NCBI RefSeq assembly: GCF_036401095.1
Contig: NZ_DASWWA010000027.1
Coordinates: 25,091 to 89,090, forward strand
Direction: 5' to 3'
Length of the DNA stretch: 64,000 bases
Origin: Methylotenera sp.
GTDB taxonomy: Bacteria > Pseudomonadota > Gammaproteobacteria > Burkholderiales > Methylophilaceae
Positions 19,022 through 29,960 of the stretch are shown here, piece after piece (within the stretch, counting starts at the first letter, position 1; the number at the start of each line of letters is the position of its first letter). Both the position numbers and the translations under genes were made by a program. Under the pieces are notes generated by a model that made no database searches, was not told the origin of the DNA, and saw only the letters and a list, made by a program, of their open reading frames with translations.

Positions 19022-20290
19022 ATGCAGAAGCCATCAACCACGCACATTGCCTTTGCCAGCTTTATTGGTACTGCGATTGAGTTTTACGATTTTTATATTT
19101 ACGCCATGGCGGCGGCTTTGGTGATTGGGCAGGTGTTCTTTCCTGCTAGTGACCCCGCAACACAGTCCCTTAACGCATTTTTAACTTTCGGCATTGCTTT
19201 TATTGCCAGACCGGTTGGCGCGGTTGTGTTTGGTCATTTTGGCGATAAGGTTGGGCGTAAAACAACGCTAGCGGCCTCTTTGCTACTGATGGGTATTTCT
19301 ACCTTGCTGATAGGGCTGCTGCCCGGGTATGAAGTGTTAGGGATTTGGGCGCCAATTGCACTATGTATATTGCGTTTTGGTCAGGGCTTGGGCTTAGGTG
19401 GTGAGTGGGGTGGCGCGGCATTGCTGGCTACCGAACATGCGCCGCAAGGTAAGCGCGCTTGGTTTGGCATGTTTCCGCAATTGGGACCATCGGTTGGTTT
19501 TTTAATGGCTACCTTGAGCTATCTTGCTTTGTCGGTATGGCTAACGGACGCACAGTTTAAAGCTTGGGGCTGGCGCCTGCCTTTTATTGCCAGTGCATTG
19601 CTGGTGGGAGTGGGGTTGTATGTGCGTTTTAAATTAGCAGAAACGCCAGCCTTTGCGACTGCGCTGCAACAGAATAAAACCCATGCCATGCCAATTAAGC
19701 CTTTGTTAAACAAACATTTGCGTCCTGTGTTGTTGGGTGCGTTAGCGATGGTGGTGTGCTATAACTTATTTTATACTGCCACGGTGTTTTGCTTGAGTTA
19801 TGGCACGGCTAATTTGGGCATTACGCGCAGCGACTTTCTGGGCATGTTATGTGTTGCTATTTTGTTTATGACGCTTGCTACGCCTATCTCTGCAAAGTTG
19901 AGTGATGCCTATGGGCGGAAGCCTGTGCTGTTAATTAGTAGTGCACTGGCGGTGCTGGCAGGCTTTGCGCTGAACCCCTTGCTTGCAAGCGGCTCAGTAG
20001 CGCAGGTAACCCTGTTTTTATCTCTAGCACTGTTCTTAATGGGAGCCACATTTGCGCCTATGGGAGCATACCTACCTGAGCAGTTTCCGGTGGCGGTGCG
20101 TTATACCGGCGCGGGCTTGGCTTATCAGCTTGGTGGTATTTTAGGCGCGTCAATGGCACCTTATATTTCACAAGTGCTGGTGGCAACCGGCGGGCTGGCA
20201 TGGGTGGGGGCTTATGTTTCCATTGCTGCCGCTGTGAGTTTTGTTGCGGTGTTATTGCTGGGTGAGCGTAGGAGCGGTGATTTGCTCTAG
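19022..20290 (+). CDS. MFS transporter (metabolite:H+ symporter family)
   Basis: [28 protein letters not shown] and WGWRLPF motifs. Confidence 0.92.
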   Translation: MQKPSTTHIAFASFIGTAIEFYDFYIYAMAAALVIGQVFFPASDPATQSLNAFLTFGIAFIARPVGAVVFGHFGDKVGRKTTLAASLLLMGISTLLIGLLPGYEVLGIWAPIALCILRFGQGLGLGGEWGGAALLATEHAPQGKRAWFGMFPQLGPSVGFLMATLSYLALSVWLTDAQFKAWGWRLPFIASALLVGVGLYVRFKLAETPAFATALQQNKTHAMPIKPLLNKHLRPVLLGALAMVVCYNLFYTATVFCLSYGTANLGITRSDFLGMLCVAILFMTLATPISAKLSDAYGRKPVLLISSALAVLAGFALNPLLASGSVAQVTLFLSLALFLMGATFAPMGAYLPEQFPVAVRYTGAGLAYQLGGILGASMAPYISQVLVATGGLAWVGAYVSIAAAVSFVAVLLLGERRSGDLL

Positions 20291-20521
20291 ATTTGTTAGC
20301 CATGTAATCGCTTGTTCACGCGTGTCTCCACACATTTCTGCACTAGGCTGTAGGCCGCCACAAAATGCGGGCCGTTCTGGCTGGCCAAAAATCTTGCACA
20401 TGTTTTTCTCATTGAGGTGTACGCAGCGCACGCCAGCAGGCTTGCCGTTCGGCATGCCGGGGATGGGGCTGTTAATAGAGGGCGCGATGCAACACGCGCC
20501 ACAATGCTCTCTACATTTCAT
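20252..20521 (-). CDS. YkgJ-family cysteine-cluster protein
   Basis: [29 protein letters not shown]...CKIFG.PERPAFC. Overlaps the MFS 3' end by 39 bp. Confidence 0.85.
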   Translation of the reverse strand: MKCREHCGACCIAPSINSPIPGMPNGKPAGVRCVHLNEKNMCKIFGQPERPAFCGGLQPSAEMCGDTREQAITWLTNLEQITAPTLTQQ

Positions 20522-20554
20522 GGTGAATTAATCAGCCTTAGTGCTAGGCAACCC

Positions 20555-21307
20555 TTAGTGCTCTGTCCATGGAAAATTCAATGCGCTGACTGCCAGTTTG
20601 ATTTCCTCCAATGCCGTGTTTGCCATTGCCGCAGCGCCTTTGACTCCCACTTCTGTGGTGCGGCGATTATCCAGCTTAGGCAGGCTAAAAAGCTTAAGCC
20701 CCGGGTATTTTTGTACGATATGATTCATTAAGTCAATTAATTGGCTTTCACCGGCGTCCATCACCAAAATCGATAGCTCGGTGTAATCCTGCTGGTGAAA
20801 CAAGTGGGGGTAATGCGTGTCCAGCACCCACTCCACCATAGGGTGTGCCATTTGTGGAAAGCCTGGCACAAAATAATGCTGGTTGATGGCAAAGCCCGCT
20901 ACGCGATTCACTGGGTTGGGGATCAGTTCTGCTCCTGCTGGTAAGTCTGCCATCAACACTCTTTTGGGGTAGGCGCCTTCGCCATATTGCGCCTCAATTT
21001 CGGCAACGGCACCCGGGTGGCGGGTGAGTGCTACTCCGGCAGCATCAGCCGCACACTGGCGCGTGTAATCATCTGGCGTGGCACCAATGCCACCAAAGCT
21101 CAACACAATATCGCCATGCTGCATACTGGCTTGTAGCAGGCTAGTAATCTGTGCAGGTATATCCCCCAAATAATGCGCCCATGCCAGTTGCAAACCGCGT
21201 GATTTTAATGCCTGTATAACAAAGCTTAGGTGCGCATCCTGCCGTTTTCCAGAGAGGATTTCATCGCCAATGATATAAATGCCGATAGACTGATTATCTT
21301 TTTGCAT
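20555..21307 (-). CDS. CinA-like / molybdopterin-binding domain protein
   Basis: IIGDEILSGKRQD, GGIGATPDDYT and PGFP.MA motifs. Confidence 0.85.
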   Translation of the reverse strand: MQKDNQSIGIYIIGDEILSGKRQDAHLSFVIQALKSRGLQLAWAHYLGDIPAQITSLLQASMQHGDIVLSFGGIGATPDDYTRQCAADAAGVALTRHPGAVAEIEAQYGEGAYPKRVLMADLPAGAELIPNPVNRVAGFAINQHYFVPGFPQMAHPMVEWVLDTHYPHLFHQQDYTELSILVMDAGESQLIDLMNHIVQKYPGLKLFSLPKLDNRRTTEVGVKGAAAMANTALEEIKLAVSALNFPWTEH

Positions 21308-21353
21308 GATTGTTTAAATACGCCCGTGAACCGCTATGAGTCAATGTTAAGGA

Positions 21354-24164
21354 TTAATGCGCGCTTTCCCAGTTGTTACCTACGCCAACTTCAGCCAGTA
21401 ACGGCACATCCAGTTTGGCTACACTTTGCATGAGTTCTGGTAGTTTTTGTTTCACTAACTCAAGCTCTGCGTCTGGCACTTCTAATACCAGCTCATCGTG
21501 CACTTGCATGATAAGTTTGGTGTTGAGTTTTTCATCTTTCAGCCATTTATCTACCGCAATCATTGCTAGTTTGATTAAGTCTGCCGCGGTGCCTTGCATC
21601 GGTGCGTTGATGGCGGCACGTTCGGCGCCTGCTCTGCGCATGCCGTTGGCGCTATTGATTTCTGGCACCCACAATCTGCGGCCAAAGTAGGTTTCTACAT
21701 AGCCTTTTTCTTTGGCGAGTTCGCGTGTGTCCTGCATATATTGGCGCACACCTGGGTAGCGCGCGAAGTAGCGTTCTATGTAACTTTGTGCAGCGCCGCG
21801 CTCAATGTTGAGGTTTTGCGCCAAGCCAAAAGCACTCATGCCATAAATCAGGCCAAAGTTAATCACTTTGGCATAGCGGCGCTGTTCGTTGTCTACAGCA
21901 CTGCGTTCTACGCCAAAAATCTCGGCAGCGGTGGCGCGGTGGATATCTTCATTGTTGGCAAAGGCTTGCAGCATGCCTGTGTCTTTAGATAAATGCGCCA
22001 TGATGCGCAGCTCAATTTGTGAGTAATCGGCAGAAACAATATGGCTGCCCGGCGGTGCGATAAACGCTTCACGGATACGGCGGCCTTCGGCGGTACGTAC
22101 CGGAATGTTTTGTAAATTAGGGTCGCTACTGGCTAAGCGGCCGGTAATTGCCACAGCTTGGTTGTAGTTGGTATGCACACGCCCGGTGTGCGGGTTAATC
22201 ATTTTTGGCAGTTTGTCGGTATAGGTGGATTTTAATTTGGCTAAACCGCGATACTCCAGCAGCACTTTCGGCAATGGGTAATCTAGCGCCAGTTCCTGTA
22301 GTACGTCTTCATCTGTGGACGGTGCACCAGAAGGGGTCTTCTTAATCGGCTTGATGCCGAGTTTACCAAATAGGATTTCCTGCAATTGCTTAGGTGAGCC
22401 TAAGTTAAATGGCTGCCCAGCAAGCTCAAAAGCTTGTGTTTCTAGCTCCATCAGCTTCATGCCGATTTCGTTGCTTTGGCGGTTGAGCATATTGGCATCA
22501 ATCAGTACGCCGTTGCGCTCGATAGTAAACAGGCATTCCATTGAAGGCATTTCAATTTGGCTGTAAATAAAATGGAGTTTGCTGTCCTGCAGTACTTGTG
22601 GTGACAGTGCCTCATGTAGTTGCAGGGTAATGTCAGCATCTTCAGCCGCGTATTCTGCGGCAACCTCTACCGTTACCTGATTAAAGCCCACTTGCTTGGC
22701 GCCTTTGCCTGCCACTTGCTCAAAGCTGATGGGTTCAATGCCTAAGTGTCTGGCGCTGAGTTCATCCATGCCGTGTCCACGGTGGCTTTCCAGCACGTAA
22801 GATTGCAGTAAAGTGTCGTGCGCAATGCCATTAAGTGCAATGCCGTGGTTAGCCAATACGTGTTTATCGTATTTTAAATTTTGCCCTACTTTTTTAATGG
22901 CTGGGTTTTCCAGCAAAGGCTTAAACTTGGCTAAAACTTGCGCCAGTGGTAGCTGCGCGGGTGCGTCAAAGTAATCATGCGTGAGCGGTAAGTAGGCGCC
23001 AGTACCTGCGGCCACGCTAAACGACATGCCTACAATTTGGGCGGTGAGCGGGTCTAGTGAAGTGGTTTCTGTATCAAAGCATATGAGCTCAGCTTGGTTA
23101 AGCTTGGCAAGCCATGTATCTAAAGTTGCCTCGCTGAGTATGGTTTCATATTGGCGGCTGGTGTTTGGGGTGTAGCTGAACTGCTTAGTTTCAGTTCTAG
23201 CTTCGGTATTAGGTTTAGGCGTGGGTGCGGGTGTGCTGAATAAATCACCTGAAGTACCTGCCGGCTGGTTTTCAATACTGGGTTGCGGTGCTGCGTCTGG
23301 CATGTTGTCCAACTCGCGCTTCCAGCTTCTGAATTCAAAGTGGTCAAATAATGCGGCCAGTTTTGCTTTGTCCGGCGCTTGCTGTACCAGCTCATCAAAG
23401 TGGTCGCGGATGCCTACGTCGCAGCGGATGGTAATCAGCTCGCGCGCGGTGGGTAACCACGGCAGTGCTTTGCGTAGGTTCTCGCCGACCACGCCTTTGA
23501 TGCTGTCTGCATTAGCGACTATGTTATCCAGCGTGCCGTATTCTTTTAGCCATTTAACCGCGGTTTTTGGGCCTACTTTTTCTACCCCGGGCACGTTGTC
23601 TGAAGTATCGCCAATCAGCACTAGGTAATCAATAATTAAACTTGGCGGGATGCCAAATTTGTTTTCTACGCCGGCTACATCCAGCACGTCATCGGTTTTG
23701 CGGAAAGCATCGCGCATAGTGTTGACCACGGTAATGTGCTCGTTCACCAGTTGTGAAATGTCTTTATCGCCTGTAGAAATCACGGTTTTAATGCCTTGGC
23801 GCTCAGCTTGTTTGGCCAGTGCACCAATTACATCGTCCGCCTCTACGCCATCTTCAACAATCAATGGCCAGCCCATGGCGCGTATGGTTTCAAATAATGG
23901 CTCAATTTGCGAGCGTAAATCATCGGGCATGCTGGCGCGGTTGGCTTTGTATTCTGGGTAAATGTCATCGCGGAAGGTTTTGCCTTTGGCATCAAATACG
24001 CAGGCGCTGTATTCAGCAGGGTAGTCTTTATGTAGGCGACGCAGCATGTTAAGTACGCCCTGAATGGCGCCTACCGGCTCGTTGGCCGAGTTGCGCAGGT
24101 CGGGCATGGCATGAAATGCCCGATACAAATAAGATGAGCCATCCACCAATAATAAAGTTTTCAT
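21354..24164 (-). CDS. polA: DNA polymerase I
   Basis: 5'-3' exonuclease (LLVDGSSYLYRAFHA), 3'-5' exonuclease (FDTET) and polymerase motifs (DYSQIELR, RR.AK.INFGLIYG, VHDE). Confidence 0.98.
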   Translation of the reverse strand: MKTLLLVDGSSYLYRAFHAMPDLRNSANEPVGAIQGVLNMLRRLHKDYPAEYSACVFDAKGKTFRDDIYPEYKANRASMPDDLRSQIEPLFETIRAMGWPLIVEDGVEADDVIGALAKQAERQGIKTVISTGDKDISQLVNEHITVVNTMRDAFRKTDDVLDVAGVENKFGIPPSLIIDYLVLIGDTSDNVPGVEKVGPKTAVKWLKEYGTLDNIVANADSIKGVVGENLRKALPWLPTARELITIRCDVGIRDHFDELVQQAPDKAKLAALFDHFEFRSWKRELDNMPDAAPQPSIENQPAGTSGDLFSTPAPTPKPNTEARTETKQFSYTPNTSRQYETILSEATLDTWLAKLNQAELICFDTETTSLDPLTAQIVGMSFSVAAGTGAYLPLTHDYFDAPAQLPLAQVLAKFKPLLENPAIKKVGQNLKYDKHVLANHGIALNGIAHDTLLQSYVLESHRGHGMDELSARHLGIEPISFEQVAGKGAKQVGFNQVTVEVAAEYAAEDADITLQLHEALSPQVLQDSKLHFIYSQIEMPSMECLFTIERNGVLIDANMLNRQSNEIGMKLMELETQAFELAGQPFNLGSPKQLQEILFGKLGIKPIKKTPSGAPSTDEDVLQELALDYPLPKVLLEYRGLAKLKSTYTDKLPKMINPHTGRVHTNYNQAVAITGRLASSDPNLQNIPVRTAEGRRIREAFIAPPGSHIVSADYSQIELRIMAHLSKDTGMLQAFANNEDIHRATAAEIFGVERSAVDNEQRRYAKVINFGLIYGMSAFGLAQNLNIERGAAQSYIERYFARYPGVRQYMQDTRELAKEKGYVETYFGRRLWVPEINSANGMRRAGAERAAINAPMQGTAADLIKLAMIAVDKWLKDEKLNTKLIMQVHDELVLEVPDAELELVKQKLPELMQSVAKLDVPLLAEVGVGNNWESAH

Positions 24165-24362
24165 ATATAAATCCAAAAAATGCGAGCATGCATTGCATTA
24201 AATCGCCCAGCTTTAGGCAAATAATTGCAATAGGTTGTTGCCAACGGTCTTTAATCGCCTACATAATAAAACATATATGACATGCTTAAAAATTGTTTAT
24301 GCGCAGCTGCTTAATTTAGCCTGTGTAAATTTTGGTATTTCATTCATCAAGGATTAATCGTC

Positions 24363-25091
24363 ATGACCATAGTTAAAAAAATTCCAAAAATTACCGACCC
24401 TGACGTACAAGGCATGCACCATACCGGCCTTGAGTCTTGGCATGCGTTTAAGATTATGTCTGAGTTTGTGGATGCGACCGAGCGGCTTAAAGAAATTACG
24501 CCTGCGGTTTCTATTTTTGGCAGTGCACGCACCAAGCCGGATAGCCCGTATTATGAGTTGACAGTGGACATCGCAAGACGCCTTTCTGATGCTGGCTTTG
24601 CTGTGATCTCTGGCGGAGGCCCTGGTATTATGGAGGCTGCCAACAAGGGCGCATTTGCAGGCAAGTCGCCAAGCATAGGCTTAAATATTGAGTTGCCGCA
24701 TGAACAAAATGCTAATCCTTATCAGGATATTAGCCAGAACTTTAAGCACTTTTTTATGCGTAAGGTCATGTTTGTAAAATATGCGAGCGCGTATGTGGTG
24801 ATGCCTGGCGGCTTTGGTACTTTAGATGAGCTGATGGAGGCGATTACTCTGGTGCAAACTGGTAAAACGCTGAGGATTCCCATCATCTTAGTTTGCGAAC
24901 CATTCTGGCGTGGACTGGTGGACTGGGTGAAAACTACTTTGGTGAACGAAGATATGATTTCTAGCAGCGATTTGGATTTAATCCAAATGATTGATGACCC
25001 GGAAGAGATTGTGCAAGCCATTTTCAAACATTACGAAACCCGCGGTTTCAAGCTTTCTGCAGAAGAAGAGCGCATCCAGCTTTATTTGTAA
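24363..25091 (+). CDS. LOG-family (TIGR00730) nucleotide phosphoribohydrolase
   Basis: SIFGSART, SGGGPGIMEAAN and PGGFGTLDE motifs. Confidence 0.9.
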   Translation: MTIVKKIPKITDPDVQGMHHTGLESWHAFKIMSEFVDATERLKEITPAVSIFGSARTKPDSPYYELTVDIARRLSDAGFAVISGGGPGIMEAANKGAFAGKSPSIGLNIELPHEQNANPYQDISQNFKHFFMRKVMFVKYASAYVVMPGGFGTLDELMEAITLVQTGKTLRIPIILVCEPFWRGLVDWVKTTLVNEDMISSSDLDLIQMIDDPEEIVQAIFKHYETRGFKLSAEEERIQLYL

Positions 25092-25171
25092 TGATATGGC
25101 CTTATACCGGATGGTTTTTGATAGAATGGGCACTTATTTAGTTGATGATGTTGATGCCGTAAAGGGTGGTA

Positions 25172-25525
25172 ATGATGATGCGTAAAAATTACAAAAATCT
25201 AAGTGCTTTATTACTCGCAGCAATGCTAGCGCCAACGCTGTTGCAAGCTAGAGAGTTGCCATCTAATCTGCAGCCGTTGGAAGATATCCCACCGCCTAGC
25301 ATCAGCTCAGAAGATGTTCCAGATGAGCCGGAAGTTACCATTGTTAAAAAGAATGGTGAAACCATAGAGGAATATCGTGTTGGTGGCCAGCTGTACATGA
25401 TGAAGGTGACCCCTAAGCATGGCGTGCCTTACTACCTGCATAGAGAAGACCAAGACGGCGCCTGGGTAAACGTAGGGCCTAATCCGCCGCTATCTATCCC
25501 TAAATGGACTATCTTTAGATTTTAA
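25172..25525 (+). CDS. DUF2782-family exported protein
   Basis: Signal peptide, then EPEVTI....ETIEEYRVGGQLYMMKVTPKHG.PYYL. Confidence 0.8.
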   Translation: MMMRKNYKNLSALLLAAMLAPTLLQARELPSNLQPLEDIPPPSISSEDVPDEPEVTIVKKNGETIEEYRVGGQLYMMKVTPKHGVPYYLHREDQDGAWVNVGPNPPLSIPKWTIFRF

Positions 25526-25632
25526 TTCACCATATTGACCAAAGCGGGCATGTGGATGCAAACAGCGCTTTCATCTACATGCTTGATATAATGCCCCGCC
25601 TTTAATTTTTTCCAGTTTTTTAAATTATACCT

Positions 25633-26574
25633 ATGTCTGTTTTTACCTCAGTTAACAACCAACAACTACAAGCATGGCTTCAAGATTACTCCATCGGTGA
25701 GCTGGTTGAGTTGAAAGGTATTTCTTCAGGCATTACCAATACCAATTATTTTGTGACTACCACACAAAATAAATATGTACTGACACTGTTTGAACACAAC
25801 ACGATAGATGAACTGCCTTACTTCATTGATTTGATGCACCATTTATCCACGCACGGTGTGCCTTGTCCAGACCCGATTAGCAATAAAGCTGGCGTTAATT
25901 TGCACATGCTTAATGGTAAACCTGCCGTGTTAATCAGCTGCCTGAATGGTCAGGACATTACAGCCCCTAATAGCGTGCATTGTGCCGAGGTTGGCCGTGT
26001 GCTGGCGCAAATGCATCAGGCAGGGCAGTCGTTTGTTTCGCAGTACTCCGGGCAGGCGCATCAAAACCCGCGTGGTGCAGACTGGCGTAATCAAACTGCA
26101 CAAAAGGTGATGGCGCATTTGCCGGCAGATGACCAAAAGTTACTGAATGAAACATTGGCGTTCCAAGCTGGGCTGGATGCTTCAGCCTTACCTAAAGGTA
26201 TTATCCATGCTGATTTGTTCCGCGATAATGTATTGTTTGATGGCGATAAAGTCGGCGGCTTGATTGATTTTTATTACGCATGTCATGATGTACTGGCGTA
26301 CGATTTGGCAATAGTGGCAAATGACTGGTGCGTGCAGGCGGATGGGCAGTTAGATGCCACAAAAGTGGAAGCGTTGTTGCAGGCTTACCAAGCGGTGCGT
26401 CCATTTGAGCAGGCAGAGCATGCGGCATGGAATGGTTTGTTACGTATTGCCGCCTTGCGTTTCTGGCTGTCGCGACTGTACGACCAGATTTATCCGCAAG
26501 CGGGCGAGTTAACGCACGCAAAAGACCCAAATCATTTTAAAAATATACTTAAGTTAAGAACCGCACAATCTTAA
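25633..26574 (+). CDS. thrB: Homoserine kinase (type II, APH-like)
   Basis: MSVFT, GITNTNY, IHADLFRDNVLF, IDFY.AC and LRFWLSRL motifs. Confidence 0.93.
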   Translation: MSVFTSVNNQQLQAWLQDYSIGELVELKGISSGITNTNYFVTTTQNKYVLTLFEHNTIDELPYFIDLMHHLSTHGVPCPDPISNKAGVNLHMLNGKPAVLISCLNGQDITAPNSVHCAEVGRVLAQMHQAGQSFVSQYSGQAHQNPRGADWRNQTAQKVMAHLPADDQKLLNETLAFQAGLDASALPKGIIHADLFRDNVLFDGDKVGGLIDFYYACHDVLAYDLAIVANDWCVQADGQLDATKVEALLQAYQAVRPFEQAEHAAWNGLLRIAALRFWLSRLYDQIYPQAGELTHAKDPNHFKNILKLRTAQS

Positions 26575-26684
26575 TTAAAAATAGGATTAATCAAACTGGA
26601 TTAAGCTGTTGTACGTTAGCGTAGAATGGTTATTACAGTAGGCTGATTTAAAACTACTGATTTGAAACTAGAGGTGAAGGCATC

Positions 26685-27467
26685 ATGGCAGACGATCTAA
26701 ACACGCAATCTCCAGCAGTTAAACAAGTGCCGGCGGCAAATGCATGGCTTTGGATTGTAAACGGCATTAGCTTGTTTAGAGCTAACCCTGTGATGTGGGT
26801 AATTCTGCTGCTGATTTATTTGGCTATCATGATTCCTATCTCAATGGTGCCGATTTTGGGCTCTGTGGTCAGCACTTTGTTAGCGCCAGTATTTGCGGCA
26901 GGCATGATGTGGGGCTGCCAAGCACTCACACGTAATCAAGATTTAGAAATCAACCATCTGTTTCAGGGCTTCAAGCAAAACACTTCACAGTTAGTGGCAG
27001 TGGGCGGCTTTTATATGATGAGTTTGCTGGTGATTGCGGTTTTAGTGGTGTTGATGCTAGATAGAGGAGCGGTAGAGTTGATTGCGCAAGGTAAAGACCT
27101 GAGCCCTGAGCAGGCAAGTACTGTAATCTTGCCGCTGTTTATTGCCATGTTTTTGTTGATGCCAGTCTTGATGGGCTACTGGTTTGCACCTGTATTGGCT
27201 GGGCTTAACCAATTAAAAGCAGTGGATGCAATGAAATTAAGCTTTGTGGCCTGCTTGAAGAATATGCTGCCATTCTTGCTTTATGGCTTGATGTTTATGG
27301 CAGTTCTAATGGCTGCCATGTGGTTGGTTGTAAGTGTGCATGTGGTTTTTTCTGTGGTGTTTGTCGCCATTATTCCAGTCATGATGGCCAGTTTATATAC
27401 TAGCTACGCTGATATTTTTAGCATAGACAACACTAGTCAGGCTAGCTCGCCTGAACAAGCTATCTAA
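26685..27467 (+). CDS. BPSS1780-family membrane protein
   Basis: V.A..AW.WI..G..LF..NP, LF.GF and WFAP.L...A.KLSF.AC.KN.LPF motifs. Confidence 0.8.
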   Translation: MADDLNTQSPAVKQVPAANAWLWIVNGISLFRANPVMWVILLLIYLAIMIPISMVPILGSVVSTLLAPVFAAGMMWGCQALTRNQDLEINHLFQGFKQNTSQLVAVGGFYMMSLLVIAVLVVLMLDRGAVELIAQGKDLSPEQASTVILPLFIAMFLLMPVLMGYWFAPVLAGLNQLKAVDAMKLSFVACLKNMLPFLLYGLMFMAVLMAAMWLVVSVHVVFSVVFVAIIPVMMASLYTSYADIFSIDNTSQASSPEQAI

Positions 27468-27529
27468 CTTAATTGAATTAGCAACCTGCCTGGCACACCT
27501 GTTAAGGTTTACGCTAGGCAGAACAGGGT

Positions 27530-29746
27530 TTAGATAGCAGTCAATTTAGCAAACTCTAGCGCCAGCCATTTTAGGCCTTCACGTCCAAAGTTCACTTGCA
27601 CGCGCATATCGTTAGCGTTGCCTTCGTAGCTCACTACTACGCCATTGCCAAATTTATTGTGAGCCACTTGCTGGCCTACTTTCCATGGCATTGCGCTTTT
27701 TTGCGTGCTGCTTTGCTGTTTACTCATCACTGCAGGCAGCTCGTTGTAATCTCTGCCGTAGCCTGATTTTGCCACAGGTTTACTGTTTAAATGTTTGAGC
27801 AGTTCATCCGGAATTTCATCTAAAAAGCGTGAAGGAATGCCGTAGCGTACCTGTCCATGCAACATGCGGCTTTGCGCGTGGCTTAAATACAGGCGTTGGC
27901 GCGCACGCGTTACCGCTACGTACATTAAACGACGCTCCTCTTCTAGGCCATTGGCTTCGTAAGTGCTCTGCTCATGCGGGCACAGGCCTTCTTCCAAGCC
28001 GCTGATAAACACTACTTTAAACTCTAGGCCTTTAGATGCGTGCACGGTCATCAACTGCAAGGCTTCGCGTCCTACGTCTGCTTGGTGTTCACCTGCTTCT
28101 AAACTGGCATGGCTTAAAAACTGTGTAAGTAGGTCTTGCTCGGTTTCGCCATCCGCATTGCTATGGTTACCAAAATCCTGATTGGTGAAAGCTACTGCCG
28201 CCGTGACTAGCTCTTCCAAGTTGGCAATACGGTCTTCGCCTTCTTTTTCATTCTGGTAATGTGCTTTGAGGCCAGAGAGGGTGGTAGCAAGCTCCGCAAG
28301 TTCTGCCAGACTGATGCCATAAGCTTCGTCTACCATTTGCCTGATTAATGCGACAAAACCATCTATGCCCTTGCCGCCAATTTTGCCATTACCTACTTTG
28401 TTAATTGCAGCTTGCCATAAGCTGCAGTTCTGCGCGCGCGCTGCCTCTTGCAGTTGTTCCAAGCTACGTGCGCCGATGCCACGCGCGGGGAAGTTAATCA
28501 CACGTAATAAGGCGGTATCGTCATTAGCGTTGGCAATCAGCCTCATGTAAGCGAGCGCGTGTTTAATCTCGGCGCGTTCAAAGAAGCGCAGGCCGCCATA
28601 TACTCGGTACGGTAAATTGGCAGAGAATAATGCATGCTCCAATACGCGCGATTGCGCGTTGGAGCGGTAGAGCATAGCCATTTCGCCCAGCTCTGTGCTT
28701 TCTGCATGCAGCATTTTAATTTCATCTACAATAAACTGGGCTTCATCATTATCGTTGTAGGCTTGGTACACGCGCACCGGCTCACCGGCACCAGCGCTGG
28801 TCCATAGGTTTTTACCTAGGCGGTTTTTATTGTGTGAAATAATGGCATTGGCTGCATCTAGTATATTGCTGTGTGAGCGGTAGTTTTCTTCCAGCTTCAC
28901 TACGCTTTGTACGTTAAAGTCAGTTTCAAAGTCACGCATATTGCCAACGCGTGCGCCACGGAAGCCGTAAATAGATTGGTCATCATCACCCACGGCAAAC
29001 ATACAGTTGTCTTTGCCGGCCAATAATTTTAACCATTGGTATTGCAAGCGGTTGGTATCCTGAAACTCATCTACCAGGATGTATCTGAAACGGCTTTGGT
29101 AATGCAGGCGGATATTAGTATCACGCTCTAATAGCTCGTAACAGCGCAATAGCAGCTCGGCAAAGTCGGCCACGCCATCGCGTTGGCATTGCTTGTCGTA
29201 TTCTTCAAAAATCTCACGCAGTTTTTGTGAGTGCGGGTCGTAGGCATCAACTGCATGCGCGCGCAGCCCCTCATCTTTACAGCCGTTAATGTAGTTTTGC
29301 ACCTGCTTAGGTGGAAATTTTTCATCATCCACATTCATCAGCTTCATCAAGCGCTTAATCATGGAAAGCTGGTCTGCAATATCCAAAATTTGGAAACTGG
29401 CTGGAAGCCCTGCCTCACGGTGATGTGCGCGCAATAAACGGTTGCACAGGCCGTGGAAGGTGCCAACCCACATGCCGCGCGTGTTGATAGGTAATGATGC
29501 AGTGATGCGCGTGAGCATCTCTTTTGCTGCTTTGTTGGTAAATGTCACAGCCAGCAAACCGGTAGGGGAAACTTGTTCCGTTTGTATCAGCCACGCAATA
29601 CGTGCGGTAAGTACGCGTGTTTTACCGCTGCCTGCACCTGCCAAAATCAATGCAGATTGTTGGGGTAAGGTAACTGCTTCTAGCTGTTTATTGTTGAGGC
29701 CGGCTAAAAGGGGATCTTGCATGGTGGTTTGCGGTTGGCTATTCAT
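27530..29746 (-). CDS. uvrD: DNA helicase II
   Basis: AGAGSGKTRVLT, LVDEFQDTN, VGDDDQSIYGFRGA, LEENYRS, TVHASKGLEF and EERRLMYVAVTRA motifs. Confidence 0.97.
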   Translation of the reverse strand: MNSQPQTTMQDPLLAGLNNKQLEAVTLPQQSALILAGAGSGKTRVLTARIAWLIQTEQVSPTGLLAVTFTNKAAKEMLTRITASLPINTRGMWVGTFHGLCNRLLRAHHREAGLPASFQILDIADQLSMIKRLMKLMNVDDEKFPPKQVQNYINGCKDEGLRAHAVDAYDPHSQKLREIFEEYDKQCQRDGVADFAELLLRCYELLERDTNIRLHYQSRFRYILVDEFQDTNRLQYQWLKLLAGKDNCMFAVGDDDQSIYGFRGARVGNMRDFETDFNVQSVVKLEENYRSHSNILDAANAIISHNKNRLGKNLWTSAGAGEPVRVYQAYNDNDEAQFIVDEIKMLHAESTELGEMAMLYRSNAQSRVLEHALFSANLPYRVYGGLRFFERAEIKHALAYMRLIANANDDTALLRVINFPARGIGARSLEQLQEAARAQNCSLWQAAINKVGNGKIGGKGIDGFVALIRQMVDEAYGISLAELAELATTLSGLKAHYQNEKEGEDRIANLEELVTAAVAFTNQDFGNHSNADGETEQDLLTQFLSHASLEAGEHQADVGREALQLMTVHASKGLEFKVVFISGLEEGLCPHEQSTYEANGLEEERRLMYVAVTRARQRLYLSHAQSRMLHGQVRYGIPSRFLDEIPDELLKHLNSKPVAKSGYGRDYNELPAVMSKQQSSTQKSAMPWKVGQQVAHNKFGNGVVVSYEGNANDMRVQVNFGREGLKWLALEFAKLTAI

Positions 29747-29925
29747 AGTCGATATTTTAGCATGACTACTTAATGCGAATATTTCATATGTGGCGACAAC
29801 TTATGTATGTTTTGCATGTATGCGCTGGAGTTGTATTGCAACTCAGCTGATACCAGTGGCTTGCTTTGTTGAGGGAGGTAGAGCAGTGGCTGAGAATAGG
29901 GGTGATATAAAAAACAAAAGTGTTT

Positions 29926-29954
29926 GGAACTTATTTTGAAAAGGCTTAGTCAGA
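29926..29954 (+). promoter_or_regulatory. SigmaE (RpoE/AlgU)-type promoter
   Basis: GGAACTT (29926-29932), 16-nt spacer, GTCAGA (29949-29954). Predicted +1 at about 29960-29961, the first base of the first hairpin. Confidence 0.65.
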
Positions 29955-29960
29955 GCTTAC

